In this document: positions 10,474-18,483 of the stretch, one piece after another
Numbering within the stretch: the stretch's first letter is position 1
How the letters are laid out: each line of letters opens with the position of its first letter
Notes under the pieces: generated by a model
The model's input: the letters and a program-made list of their open reading frames with translations, nothing else
What the model was told of the DNA's origin: nothing
The model's database searches: none
Source of the DNA: Bacteroidales bacterium
Lineage (GTDB): Bacteria; Bacteroidota; Bacteroidia; Bacteroidales; VadinHA17
DNA: 64,000 nt
Assembly: GCA_049975425.1 (NCBI GenBank)
Contig: JBNGDI010000002.1
Location: forward strand, 19,186-83,185
Direction: 5' to 3'
Program-made: the position numbers and the translations under genes

Positions 10474-11192
10474 CCGGATGAATGCTCTACATGTTCCGGC
10501 AAAATAACAGATTCACCCCGGTATTTAAGAAAAAGCTGCGCAACGGCCAGCACATCTTTTTCGCAGTACTCCACAATTTTTTCAAGGTTTTTCTCCAGGT
10601 AATATACTTCATATACCTGCGAACCATCCATATCATCCTTCGGCGAAGGGATATGAAACAGCCTGGCCAGCAGGTTCAGTGAAGTATAGTGTTTGAAATC
10701 ACCAAACTTCCACAGTTCCAGCGTATCAAGAAAAGTTACTTCCCATGGTTTTTTCCCGGCAACATCCAGAACAGGTGGAAGCTTTAGTTCGTTAAGCAGA
10801 ATCCGGCGGGCCAGATAAGGAAAATCAAATTCTTTGCCGTTATGGGCGCACAGGTACAGGTTCCGCTTGCGGGTGGAACTGTTCAGCATGGCAATAAATT
10901 CTGTCAGCAGTTCCTTTTCATCTTCCCCGTAAAACGACTTCAGCCGAAAATATTTATCCCCGTCGCGCAAGAAAACAAATCCTGCAGAAATACATACGAT
11001 TTTGCCAAATTCTGCGTAAATACCGGCCCGCGGATAAACATCGGCGGGGGTTTCATTTTCCTTTCGGAAGAAACCTGATTTTTTTTCCCAGAAATCCTTG
11101 AAATCTGGATCCAGGCTTTCAAAATCGGGAGAAGCCGGTACGGTTTCGATGTCGAGAAAAAGAATGTCCTGTAAATAAATAGTATCAAGCAT
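10470..11192 (-). CDS. 3'-5' exonuclease, PolB-like (DEDD family)
   Basis: LDIETV, HNGKEFDFP, YCEKDV; ATG overlaps the udk stop. Confidence 0.85.
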   Translation of the reverse strand: MLDTIYLQDILFLDIETVPASPDFESLDPDFKDFWEKKSGFFRKENETPADVYPRAGIYAEFGKIVCISAGFVFLRDGDKYFRLKSFYGEDEKELLTEFIAMLNSSTRKRNLYLCAHNGKEFDFPYLARRILLNELKLPPVLDVAGKKPWEVTFLDTLELWKFGDFKHYTSLNLLARLFHIPSPKDDMDGSQVYEVYYLEKNLEKIVEYCEKDVLAVAQLFLKYRGESVILPEHVEHSSG

Positions 11193-11820
11193 GTCGGGTT
11201 GAATTTTCCGATTGGTCAAGATTCTTTTCAATGATCGACGTCAGTATATCAATAGCAACCTTGTTCTCCCCTCCCTGCGGCACAATAATGTCGGCATATC
11301 TTTTGGTCGGCTCGATAAACTGCAGGTGCATGGGTTTCACTGTTTTTTCATACCTTTCCAGCACCTGCCCCACATGCCGGCCCCGTTCTTCCAGGTCACG
11401 ATGGATCACCCGGCCCAGACGGTCGTCAGCATCGGCATCTACATATACTTTAATATCAATCATATCCCTGAGGGGAGGATGGGTGAGGATGAGGATCCCT
11501 TCCAGGATAATTACCTGCTGGGGTTCAACTGTCACTGTTTCAGACAACCGGGTGCATGTAAGGTAGGAATACACGGGCTGCTCAATGGCTTTCCCCATCT
11601 TCAGTTTTTTAATATGTTCCACCAGAAGTGAAAATTCTACGGAATCGGGATGATCGAAATTGATTTCCTGTCTTTTCCCGGGAGGGATATGTGAATTGTC
11701 TCGATAATACGAATCCTGCGGAATGACGGCTACAGATCTTCCCGACAGATTCTCGACAATTTTTTTCACCACGGTGGTCTTTCCCGAGCCGGTTCCTCCG
11801 GCAATGCCAACAATCAGCAT
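11185..11820 (-). CDS. udk: uridine kinase
   Basis: GIAGGTGSGKTT, DSYY, NFDHP, EGIL, HLQFIEP; real start MLIVG at 11820. Confidence 0.95.
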   Translation of the reverse strand: MLIVGIAGGTGSGKTTVVKKIVENLSGRSVAVIPQDSYYRDNSHIPPGKRQEINFDHPDSVEFSLLVEHIKKLKMGKAIEQPVYSYLTCTRLSETVTVEPQQVIILEGILILTHPPLRDMIDIKVYVDADADDRLGRVIHRDLEERGRHVGQVLERYEKTVKPMHLQFIEPTKRYADIIVPQGGENKVAIDILTSIIEKNLDQSENSTRHA

Positions 11821-11850
11821 ATTTGAACCATTATTTGAGGTTAAAATTAA

Positions 11851-11858
11851 TATATTTG
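11851..11858 (+). promoter_or_regulatory. sigma-A -7 box for manA
   Basis: TATATTTG. Confidence 0.6.
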
Positions 11859-11881
11859 TCCGGAAAATGGCATTTTTACCC

Positions 11882-12862
11882 ATGAACACTTTATATCCGC
11901 TGAAATTCAAACCTATTCTGAAGGAAAGGATATGGGGCGGCAATCTCATGCAAGTTCGACTGCAGAAAAAGTTCAACGGTTTACAATCGGTCGGGGAAAG
12001 CTGGGAATGCTCGGGTGTTGATGGGAATTTTTCGGTTGTTGAAAACGGATTTCTGGCCGGCAACAATCTACAGGAACTGATCGGGGTATACATGGGAGAT
12101 TTGGTGGGTGAACGTATATTCAGTCATTACGGAATCCATTTCCCCCTTCTGATCAAGTTCATTGACGCCCGCGAGAACCTGTCGGTACAGGTTCACCCGG
12201 ACGACAAGCTGGCGGCTGAAAGGCACGGATCATTGGGGAAAACAGAAATGTGGTATATTATCGATGCCGTTCCCGGGGCAGTTATCTATACGGGATTCAA
12301 CCGCGAACTGGACCGGAAAACATTTCTTGAGTTTCTGAAAAACGGAAAACTCAAAGAAATTCTGAACCGGGAAGAAGCCCTGCCCGGCGATGTGTTTGAT
12401 ATCCCGGCCGGACGGGTACACGCCACGGGAGCCGGCATTCTGCTGGCTGAAATACAGCAGGCATCGGATATTACGTACAGAATCTATGACTGGGACCGGG
12501 TAGATGCACAGGGGAAAAGCCGTGATCTGCATATCAACCTTGCTCTGGATGCCATTAATTTCAAAAAGCCGGCCTCGTTCAAACATCATCCGCAGGGACC
12601 TGATAATGTGCCGGTAAAATTGTCAGCCAACAGTTATTTCCATGTTTCACGGCTGACATTGACCACCCCGTATGAAAGGGATTTTCACAGGCTTGACTCT
12701 TTCATGATTTATATGTGCCTGGATGGCCAGGTTACGTTCTATTTCCAGGGTGGAAAAGAAAATTTAAGCACCGGGGAAACAATCCTTGTTCCTGCCTCCC
12801 TTGAAACAGTAAACCTTGTACCCTCTCCTTCCACTACCCTGCTTGAAATATATCATCCCTGA
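11882..12862 (+). CDS. manA: mannose-6-phosphate isomerase, type I
   Basis: WGG, GESWE, PLLIKFIDA..LSVQVHPD, KTEMW, HA, EIQQ.SD.TYR.YD. Confidence 0.92.
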   Translation: MNTLYPLKFKPILKERIWGGNLMQVRLQKKFNGLQSVGESWECSGVDGNFSVVENGFLAGNNLQELIGVYMGDLVGERIFSHYGIHFPLLIKFIDARENLSVQVHPDDKLAAERHGSLGKTEMWYIIDAVPGAVIYTGFNRELDRKTFLEFLKNGKLKEILNREEALPGDVFDIPAGRVHATGAGILLAEIQQASDITYRIYDWDRVDAQGKSRDLHINLALDAINFKKPASFKHHPQGPDNVPVKLSANSYFHVSRLTLTTPYERDFHRLDSFMIYMCLDGQVTFYFQGGKENLSTGETILVPASLETVNLVPSPSTTLLEIYHP

Positions 12863-13013
12863 GAAATTTACCTCCTTCGAAAAGCATCGGAAAGGGAAAT
12901 ATTTCGTCCATACAATTACTTTTTGCAAAATATTTGTGATACATCGAATTACTTATTTGATATACAGCCTGTTACAAATATTCTTTCAGGAGTGTTTTTT
13001 TTCATGAAAAAAG

Positions 13014-13043
13014 GTTGTATAATTATTTTTTTTTCTAATATTG
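13014..13043 (+). promoter_or_regulatory. probable promoter of the polyamine operon
   Basis: GTTG (-33-like) and TAATATTG (one mismatch to TAnnTTTG) followed by CA. Confidence 0.45.
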
Positions 13044-13067
13044 CAACCCGAAAAAAGGAAAAACTGT

Positions 13068-13121
13068 ATGGGATTTACCAACAGCAAGGTCCCGCGCCAT
13101 TCACGATTCAGGCCTGATTAG
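13068..13121 (+). CDS. candidate leader peptide MGFTNSKVPRHSRFRPD
   Basis: ATG after an A-rich stretch just past the promoter; three Arg codons (CGC, CGA, AGG) near its end; overlaps a hairpin. Confidence 0.35.
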   Translation: MGFTNSKVPRHSRFRPD

Positions 13122-13159
13122 GTAGTGAATCGTGGAGCAGATATGTCGCATGGACCTGC
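13084..13159 (+). promoter_or_regulatory. structured 5' leader RNA (long imperfect hairpin)
   Basis: AGGTCC/GGACCT, GCG/CGC, CAT/ATG, CACGATTCA/TGAATCGTG and CCT/AGG nested stems. Confidence 0.55.
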
Positions 13160-13295
13160 CATTAAATTTCATGCCATGAAAAAATTTCATACATATCTGC
13201 TTCAGCGTAAAGTCCCGGTTCTTTACCTGTTTTCCTTTTTCAATCTTTTTGTACTTTACTCGTTACAGAGTACCTACCTGCCCCGCCGCATTTGA
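13143..13295 (+). CDS. second candidate uORF (50 aa; 39 aa from ATG 13176), ends YLPRRI
   Basis: Open frame 13143/13176 to TGA 13293-95; hydrophobic middle; may be non-coding. Confidence 0.25.
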   Translation: MSHGPAIKFHAMKKFHTYLLQRKVPVLYLFSFFNLFVLYSLQSTYLPRRI

Positions 13296-13397
13296 TGGAC
13301 TGATCCAGTGACGGCATCAACCTGTCTGCATCCAGCTTTCGGTTTCAGACAGGATTCTGAAATTATTTCAATCCATTACCCCAAAATTCTTACAATA

Positions 13398-13988
13398 ATG
13401 ATCACAAAAGTCAAAAAACAAAATATCATTGCCCGGGGCAGGAAATCCAGGGGCATTGTTATCGGGAACCGTATTCCCATGGATTATTTTGAAACCAGCG
13501 GCATCGGGCAGAGCGACATCACGGTACATGCCGGCTCATACCACCTGGCTCTGAAAGACGCCGGCATTGAGCAGTATAACATTATGACCTATTCCTCCAT
13601 ACTTCCGGGTATTGCCAGGAAGGTGGAAAAACCCGAAAAAATTGAGCACGGTTCCGTGGTGGAATCCATCATGGCGGTATGTACCAGCCAAAAAGGAGAA
13701 CGTGCCACGGCCGGCATCATTTACGGCTGGCTTTACGACAAATCCACCGGAAGCAAATTCGGAGGTCTGGTGTGTGAAAATTACGGAAATGAAACGGAAG
13801 AAGAGATCTCTCTGAAACTCCGTGCCAGTCTTGATGAATTGTATTACAACGGGTTTTCAGAAAAATACCTTCTCAAAGACATTCATACCATTACCCGAAG
13901 TTTTATTCCCGAAAAAACCCACGGGACAGCGCTGGTAGCCCTCTGTTTCACCAGCTATTATTATCCAATTATTGAAGGCGCGGCGTAA
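13398..13988 (+). CDS. pdaD: pyruvoyl-dependent arginine decarboxylase
   Basis: SYHLALKDAGIEQYNIMTYSSILP containing the Ser-Ser self-cleavage site; GLVCE; adjacent to agmatinase. Confidence 0.85.
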   Translation: MITKVKKQNIIARGRKSRGIVIGNRIPMDYFETSGIGQSDITVHAGSYHLALKDAGIEQYNIMTYSSILPGIARKVEKPEKIEHGSVVESIMAVCTSQKGERATAGIIYGWLYDKSTGSKFGGLVCENYGNETEEEISLKLRASLDELYYNGFSEKYLLKDIHTITRSFIPEKTHGTALVALCFTSYYYPIIEGAA

Positions 13989-14869
13989 TGAGCTTCATTT
14001 ACGGAGGTTTACCCGATTCTTATTCCCGGCCCGATTCCAGCAGAATCGTCATCCTTCCTGTGCCCTATGACGATACCAGCACCTGGATCAAAGGGGCTGA
14101 CAGGGGCCCTGACGCCATTTTGGAAGCATCGGCCAACATGGAACTGTACGATATTGATACCGATAGTGAAGTGTACCGGCTGGGCATTCATACGGCCCCG
14201 CCGCCCGGAGGGTTTCCTTCTCCTGAAGAAATGGTGAAAGAGGTTGAGAAATCTGTTGAATATTACATCCGGAAAGGAAAATTTGTTGTCACCCTGGGTG
14301 GGGAACATTCCATCAGTATCGGCTCCATCTTCGCACACGCAAAAGCACACGGGAACCTGACCGTTCTGCAAATCGATGCTCACGCCGATCTCCGGCAGGA
14401 ATACATGGGCAGCCGCTTCAATCATGCCTGTGTCATGGCACGTGCCCGCGAAGTGGCACACTGTGTGCAGGTTGGTATCAGAAGCATGGATGTCACTGAA
14501 AAGGAATTTGCCGAAAAATCTGATCTGTTTTTTGCAAGTGAAATCCATAAATTCCAGAAATGGCAGCAAAAAGTTATTGGAAGACTTCGGCAAAATGTTT
14601 ATATTACTTTCGATCTGGATGCACTGGACCCGTCAATCATGCCCAGTACAGGAACTCCCGAACCCGGCGGCCTGGGATGGTATGAGGTGCTGGATCTGAT
14701 AGGCATGGTGATTGAACAGAAAAACCTGGTGGGAATGGATGTAGTGGAATTATGCCCCAATCCCGCCAACCGGGCGCCTGATTTTCTGGCGGCCAAACTG
14801 ATCTACCAGACACTCTCCATGCGTTTTGCAGGAGAACTGTCACGGTTGAATAAAAACAATCCGTCATGA
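13988..14869 (+). CDS. speB: agmatinase (ureohydrolase)
   Basis: GGEHS, DAHAD, HAC, GIRS, DLDALDPS, GTPEPGG; TAATG coupling to pdaD. Confidence 0.92.
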   Translation: MSFIYGGLPDSYSRPDSSRIVILPVPYDDTSTWIKGADRGPDAILEASANMELYDIDTDSEVYRLGIHTAPPPGGFPSPEEMVKEVEKSVEYYIRKGKFVVTLGGEHSISIGSIFAHAKAHGNLTVLQIDAHADLRQEYMGSRFNHACVMARAREVAHCVQVGIRSMDVTEKEFAEKSDLFFASEIHKFQKWQQKVIGRLRQNVYITFDLDALDPSIMPSTGTPEPGGLGWYEVLDLIGMVIEQKNLVGMDVVELCPNPANRAPDFLAAKLIYQTLSMRFAGELSRLNKNNPS

Positions 14870-15885
14870 GTAAAAAGGAATTATTGAAAAACACAGTAGA
14901 ACACATCGACATAACCTCCTTTGATGCAAGGCCCATTATTGATGCCATGAGGAAAATGTCGTTTTCATCACGTGCCACGGCTCATGCCACCGATATTCTC
15001 AGCCGTATGATCAGGGATAAAAAATGTACCAGCATTCTGACCCTGGCCGGCAGCACCAGCGCAGGAGGCTGCATGCAGGTGTACGTGGATATGATCAAGA
15101 ACAATATGATTGATGTGGTCGTCGCCACCGGAGCTTCCATTGTGGATATGGATTTCTTTGAAGCACTGGGATTCAGGCACTACCAGGGAAGTATCCATGT
15201 CAATGACAGGCAGCTGAGAAATCTGTATATTGACAGGATTTACGATACATATATTGACGAAGACGAGTTGCAGGTATGTGACAATACCATCAAAGAAATT
15301 GCCGACAGCCTGGAACCGCGTCCTTACTCCTCACGCGAATTTATCCGCGAAATGGGTAAATACCTTGCAAAAAACAGCGTGAAAAAAAATTCTCTTGTGC
15401 AAACAGCCTACGAACAGGATGTTCCCGTTTTTTGTCCGGCATTCAGCGACAGCAGTGCAGGGTTCGGGCTGGTTATGCACCAGTGGGAAAATCCATCCCG
15501 GCATCTGTCCATCGACTCGGTAAAAGATTTTCTTGAGCTAACCCGCATCAAGATTGCTGCTGAAACAACCGGTCTGTTCATGATCGGCGGGGGTGTTCCG
15601 AAAAATTTTGCCCAGGATACGGTGGTCTGTGCAGAAATGCTTGGGAAACCGGCGCCCATGCATAAATATGCCGTTCAGATCACAGTGGCCGATGTACGCG
15701 ACGGAGCCTGTTCTTCTTCCACCCTGAAGGAAGCCTCTTCATGGGGCAAGGTAGACACCGTTTATGAGCAGATGGTTTATGCCGAAGCCACCACGGTTCT
15801 TCCTCTTATGGCCAGCTATCTCTATCATCAGGGAAACTGGCGTAAACGGCCGGTGCACCGTTGGAACAAACTTTTCGAACAATAA
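14866..15885 (+). CDS. deoxyhypusine synthase-like protein (probable homospermidine synthase, SpeY-like)
   Basis: DRIYD, PAFSDSS, GGGVPKNF, DGACSSSTLKEASSWGK with the catalytic Lys; ATGA overlap with speB. Confidence 0.88.
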   Translation: MSKKELLKNTVEHIDITSFDARPIIDAMRKMSFSSRATAHATDILSRMIRDKKCTSILTLAGSTSAGGCMQVYVDMIKNNMIDVVVATGASIVDMDFFEALGFRHYQGSIHVNDRQLRNLYIDRIYDTYIDEDELQVCDNTIKEIADSLEPRPYSSREFIREMGKYLAKNSVKKNSLVQTAYEQDVPVFCPAFSDSSAGFGLVMHQWENPSRHLSIDSVKDFLELTRIKIAAETTGLFMIGGGVPKNFAQDTVVCAEMLGKPAPMHKYAVQITVADVRDGACSSSTLKEASSWGKVDTVYEQMVYAEATTVLPLMASYLYHQGNWRKRPVHRWNKLFEQ

Positions 15886-15901
15886 GTTATTACATCATGT
15901 C

Positions 15902-16051
15902 ATGAAAGGGAAAAAGGAGTTCAAGAAACGCAGAAAGAATTTTGACACTTCGGAAGATCTCTATTCAAAAAAGAAACCCGGGAAAAAACACGACCAGAAA
16001 CAGGGCAAAAAGTTTTCCATTTACGATACATGGGATGAAGAAGAGGAGTAA
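15902..16051 (+). CDS. small Lys-rich protein with acidic tail (49 aa), not listed at this start in the ORF track
   Basis: MKGKKEFKKRRKNFDTSEDLYSKKKPGKKHDQKQGKKFSIYDTWDEEEE; fills the gap 16 nt after dhs and 8 nt before engB. Confidence 0.65.
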   Translation: MKGKKEFKKRRKNFDTSEDLYSKKKPGKKHDQKQGKKFSIYDTWDEEEE

Positions 16052-16059
16052 TAAATCCC

Positions 16060-16680
16060 ATGACAAAGGAAATGATCATACATTCAATCAGGTTTACAGG
16101 AAGCAGTGCAGATCTGGCCCATCTGCCGTCGCCCGATAAACCTGAATATGCCTTCACGGGGCGATCGAATGTGGGAAAATCCTCCCTTATCAATATGCTG
16201 ACAGGAAGGAAAAACCTGGCCAGGATCTCTTCAACCCCCGGAAAGACACGGATCATCAACCACTACCTGGTCAATGAACAATGGTATCTTGTTGATCTGC
16301 CCGGCTATGGATACGCAAAAGCCTCAAAAACAAACAGAACCGAATGGAACCTGCTGCTGAAGCAGTACCTGCTGAAACGACCCAATCTGCTTTCGGTATT
16401 CGTGCTGATCGATTCCCGCATCCCCCCTCAGAAGATTGACCTGGATTTTCTGGAATTTTTGGGAACGAATCAAATACCTTTCTGCCTTGTGTTCACCAAG
16501 ACCGATAAGTTAAGCTCCAAAAAACTCAAAACCGCCATTCAGGAATACAAGAAAGGACTGCTTCTGGTGTGGGAAACCCTCCCGCCCTGGTTTGTCACTT
16601 CCTCGGTCACTCGTGCCGGAAGGGAAGAAATACTGGGATTTATTGATGAAACCAACCGGTTTGATCATCAAAATGTATGA
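16060..16680 (+). CDS. engB: ribosome biogenesis GTPase YihA/EngB
   Basis: GRSNVGKSS, TPGKT, DLPGYG, TKTDK. Confidence 0.96.
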   Translation: MTKEMIIHSIRFTGSSADLAHLPSPDKPEYAFTGRSNVGKSSLINMLTGRKNLARISSTPGKTRIINHYLVNEQWYLVDLPGYGYAKASKTNRTEWNLLLKQYLLKRPNLLSVFVLIDSRIPPQKIDLDFLEFLGTNQIPFCLVFTKTDKLSSKKLKTAIQEYKKGLLLVWETLPPWFVTSSVTRAGREEILGFIDETNRFDHQNV

Positions 16681-16767
16681 ATTTACCCGCACCGGCAGCG
16701 TTTTTTCTTTTCAGTTTTACTAATTTTACAGTCAGAATGATCATTCGGTAAATGTAATAACCCCTGT

Positions 16768-17706
16768 ATGCCAGCGAAATCCAGTATTAAATTCTTTTCC
16801 GGAAGAAGCTCCCGTTATCTGGCTGAAAAAATAGCCAAAAGTTTTGGTTCTGAGCTGGGCAAAACTTCCATTCTTGAATTCAGCGACGGAGAATTTCAGC
16901 CCTCCTATGAAGAATCGGTACGCGGTGCCACCGTTTTCATTATCCAGTCTACCTTCATGCCGGCCGAAAATCTATTTGAACTCCTGCTAATGATTGATGC
17001 CGCCAAAAGAGCCTCCGCCTACAAAATTGTTGCAGTGATGCCTTATTTCGGATTCGCCCGGCAGGATCGCAAGGATAAGCCCAGGGTCTCTATCGGGGCC
17101 AAGCTTGTGGCTAACCTGCTATCTGCAGCAGGAGCCGACCGGGTCATGACCATGGACCTGCATGCTGATCAGATTCAGGGTTTTTTCGATTTCCCTGTTG
17201 ACCACATCTACGCTTCCACCGTATTTGTCCCTTATTTCAAAAGCCTTGATCTTGATAATCTGGTTATTGCCTCCCCGGATATGGGCGGAAGCAAAAGGGC
17301 CAACGCCTATTCCCGTTTCCTGAATGCCGAAATGGTCATTTGCTATAAGCAACGTGAAAAAGCCAATGCTGTGGGTAAAATGGTGGTCATTGGCGATGTA
17401 ACCGGGAAAAATGTGGTCATAGTGGATGACATGATCGACACGGCCGGGACCATCACAATGGCAGCCAATATGATGAAGGAACAGGGTGCCCTCAGCATAC
17501 ATTGCGCTGCCACACATCCTGTTCTTTCAGGTCCGGCCTACGAAAGGATAGAAGAATCGGCCCTGGAAGAAGTGGTGGTTACCGATTCCATTCCCCTTAC
17601 CCGGGAAAGCCCGAAAATCAAGGTGTTATCAATTGCCGATATTTTTGCCGATGTAATCAACAAGGTATACAATTATCAATCGATCAGTTCCACATTTATT
17701 GTATAA
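16768..17706 (+). CDS. prs: ribose-phosphate pyrophosphokinase
   Basis: FSDGE, ARQDRK, DLHADQIQGFF, VDDMIDTAGT. Confidence 0.97.
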   Translation: MPAKSSIKFFSGRSSRYLAEKIAKSFGSELGKTSILEFSDGEFQPSYEESVRGATVFIIQSTFMPAENLFELLLMIDAAKRASAYKIVAVMPYFGFARQDRKDKPRVSIGAKLVANLLSAAGADRVMTMDLHADQIQGFFDFPVDHIYASTVFVPYFKSLDLDNLVIASPDMGGSKRANAYSRFLNAEMVICYKQREKANAVGKMVVIGDVTGKNVVIVDDMIDTAGTITMAANMMKEQGALSIHCAATHPVLSGPAYERIEESALEEVVVTDSIPLTRESPKIKVLSIADIFADVINKVYNYQSISSTFIV

Positions 17707-17711
17707 TTCAC

Positions 17712-17719
17712 TATATTTG
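17712..17719 (+). promoter_or_regulatory. sigma-A -7 box for rplY-pth-hslR
   Basis: TATATTTG(CA). Confidence 0.7.
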
Positions 17720-17748
17720 CACCCTCTTTAAAACAATCAATTATTAAC

Positions 17749-17793
17749 GTGTGATGGGAAGCTGGAAACTCATATTCCGGCTTCAGGTAGCAC
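17749..17793 (+). promoter_or_regulatory. candidate L25 ribosomal leader (5S loop-E-like internal loop)
   Basis: GUGU-[GAUGG]-10 bp stem-7 nt loop-[AGGUA]-GCAC, 15 nt before the rplY ATG. Confidence 0.55.
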
Positions 17794-17808
17794 ATAAAGG
17801 AATTCACT

Positions 17809-18468
17809 ATGAAAGAGGTAGAAATTAAGGGTAAACTACGACAGCAAACCGGAAAAAAAGATGCAGCACGACTGAGAAAACAGGGGTTTGTGCCCTGTGT
17901 TATGTACGGAGGAAAAGAAAATATTCATTTCTGTGCTCCCACAGGAGATTTTAAAAAAATCATTTATTCCTCTCATATCTACCTGGTTAATCTTGATCTG
18001 GAGGGAAACCATTATCAGGGTCTGATCAAAGATATACAGTTTCATCCGGTTACCGACGAGATCCTTCATATCGATTTTATCGAAGCTCTCCCCGGGAAGG
18101 ATGTCATTGTCAACACCCCCATTCACCTGGTGGGTGATTCGGTCGGGATCAAAGCCGGCGGAAAACTTCGCCAGAGAAGAAGGTACCTGAAGGTGAAGGG
18201 TAAGGCCGAAAAAATGCCCGAATACCTGGAAATTGATATTACCGACCTGGATGTGGGTAAGAAAATCAAGGTTGGGGATCTTTCCTTTGAGGACCTCGAA
18301 TTGCTTGATACTCCGCGCGCCCTGGTGGTTCAGGTCATTTCTTCCCGACTGGCTGCCAAAGGCATGATTATTACTGAAGAAGCCGGGGAAGCACCTGCTG
18401 AAGAAGAGTCTGTTGCAGCTGAAGAAGCCGCAACTGAAGAAACCGGAGAGGAATCAACAGAAGCGTAA
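17809..18468 (+). CDS. rplY: 50S ribosomal protein L25/Ctc
   Basis: GK..ARLRKQGFVPCVMYG, IQFHPV, HIDF; acidic tail. Confidence 0.95.
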   Translation: MKEVEIKGKLRQQTGKKDAARLRKQGFVPCVMYGGKENIHFCAPTGDFKKIIYSSHIYLVNLDLEGNHYQGLIKDIQFHPVTDEILHIDFIEALPGKDVIVNTPIHLVGDSVGIKAGGKLRQRRRYLKVKGKAEKMPEYLEIDITDLDVGKKIKVGDLSFEDLELLDTPRALVVQVISSRLAAKGMIITEEAGEAPAEEESVAAEEAATEETGEESTEA

Positions 18469-18483
18469 ACCAAATCTGCTGGA

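Noticed and set aside
11723-12093. Apparent 370-nt antisense overlap of the udk and manA ORFs
   Set aside because: Artefact of longest-ORF calling; real starts are 11820 (-) and 11882 (+), with a promoter between them.
13084-13159. Resemblance of the leader hairpin to SRP (4.5S) RNA (TCAGG...AGG.AG)
   Set aside because: It lacks the GNRA tetraloop and the AGCAG strand of the symmetric loop, and those positions pair canonically instead. An Rfam cmscan would settle it.
13293-13353. TGA followed by hairpins as a selenocysteine codon with SECIS
   Set aside because: The upstream peptide has no redox-type context, the geometry does not fit a bacterial SECIS, and PdaD homology begins after 13398.
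15764-15901. N-terminal extension of the 95-aa ORF overlapping dhs
   Set aside because: It overlaps dhs out of frame; ATG 15902 gives a clean intergenic ORF.
16735-16746. Palindrome GAATGATCATTC upstream of prs
   Set aside because: Single short copy with no supporting regulator or second site.
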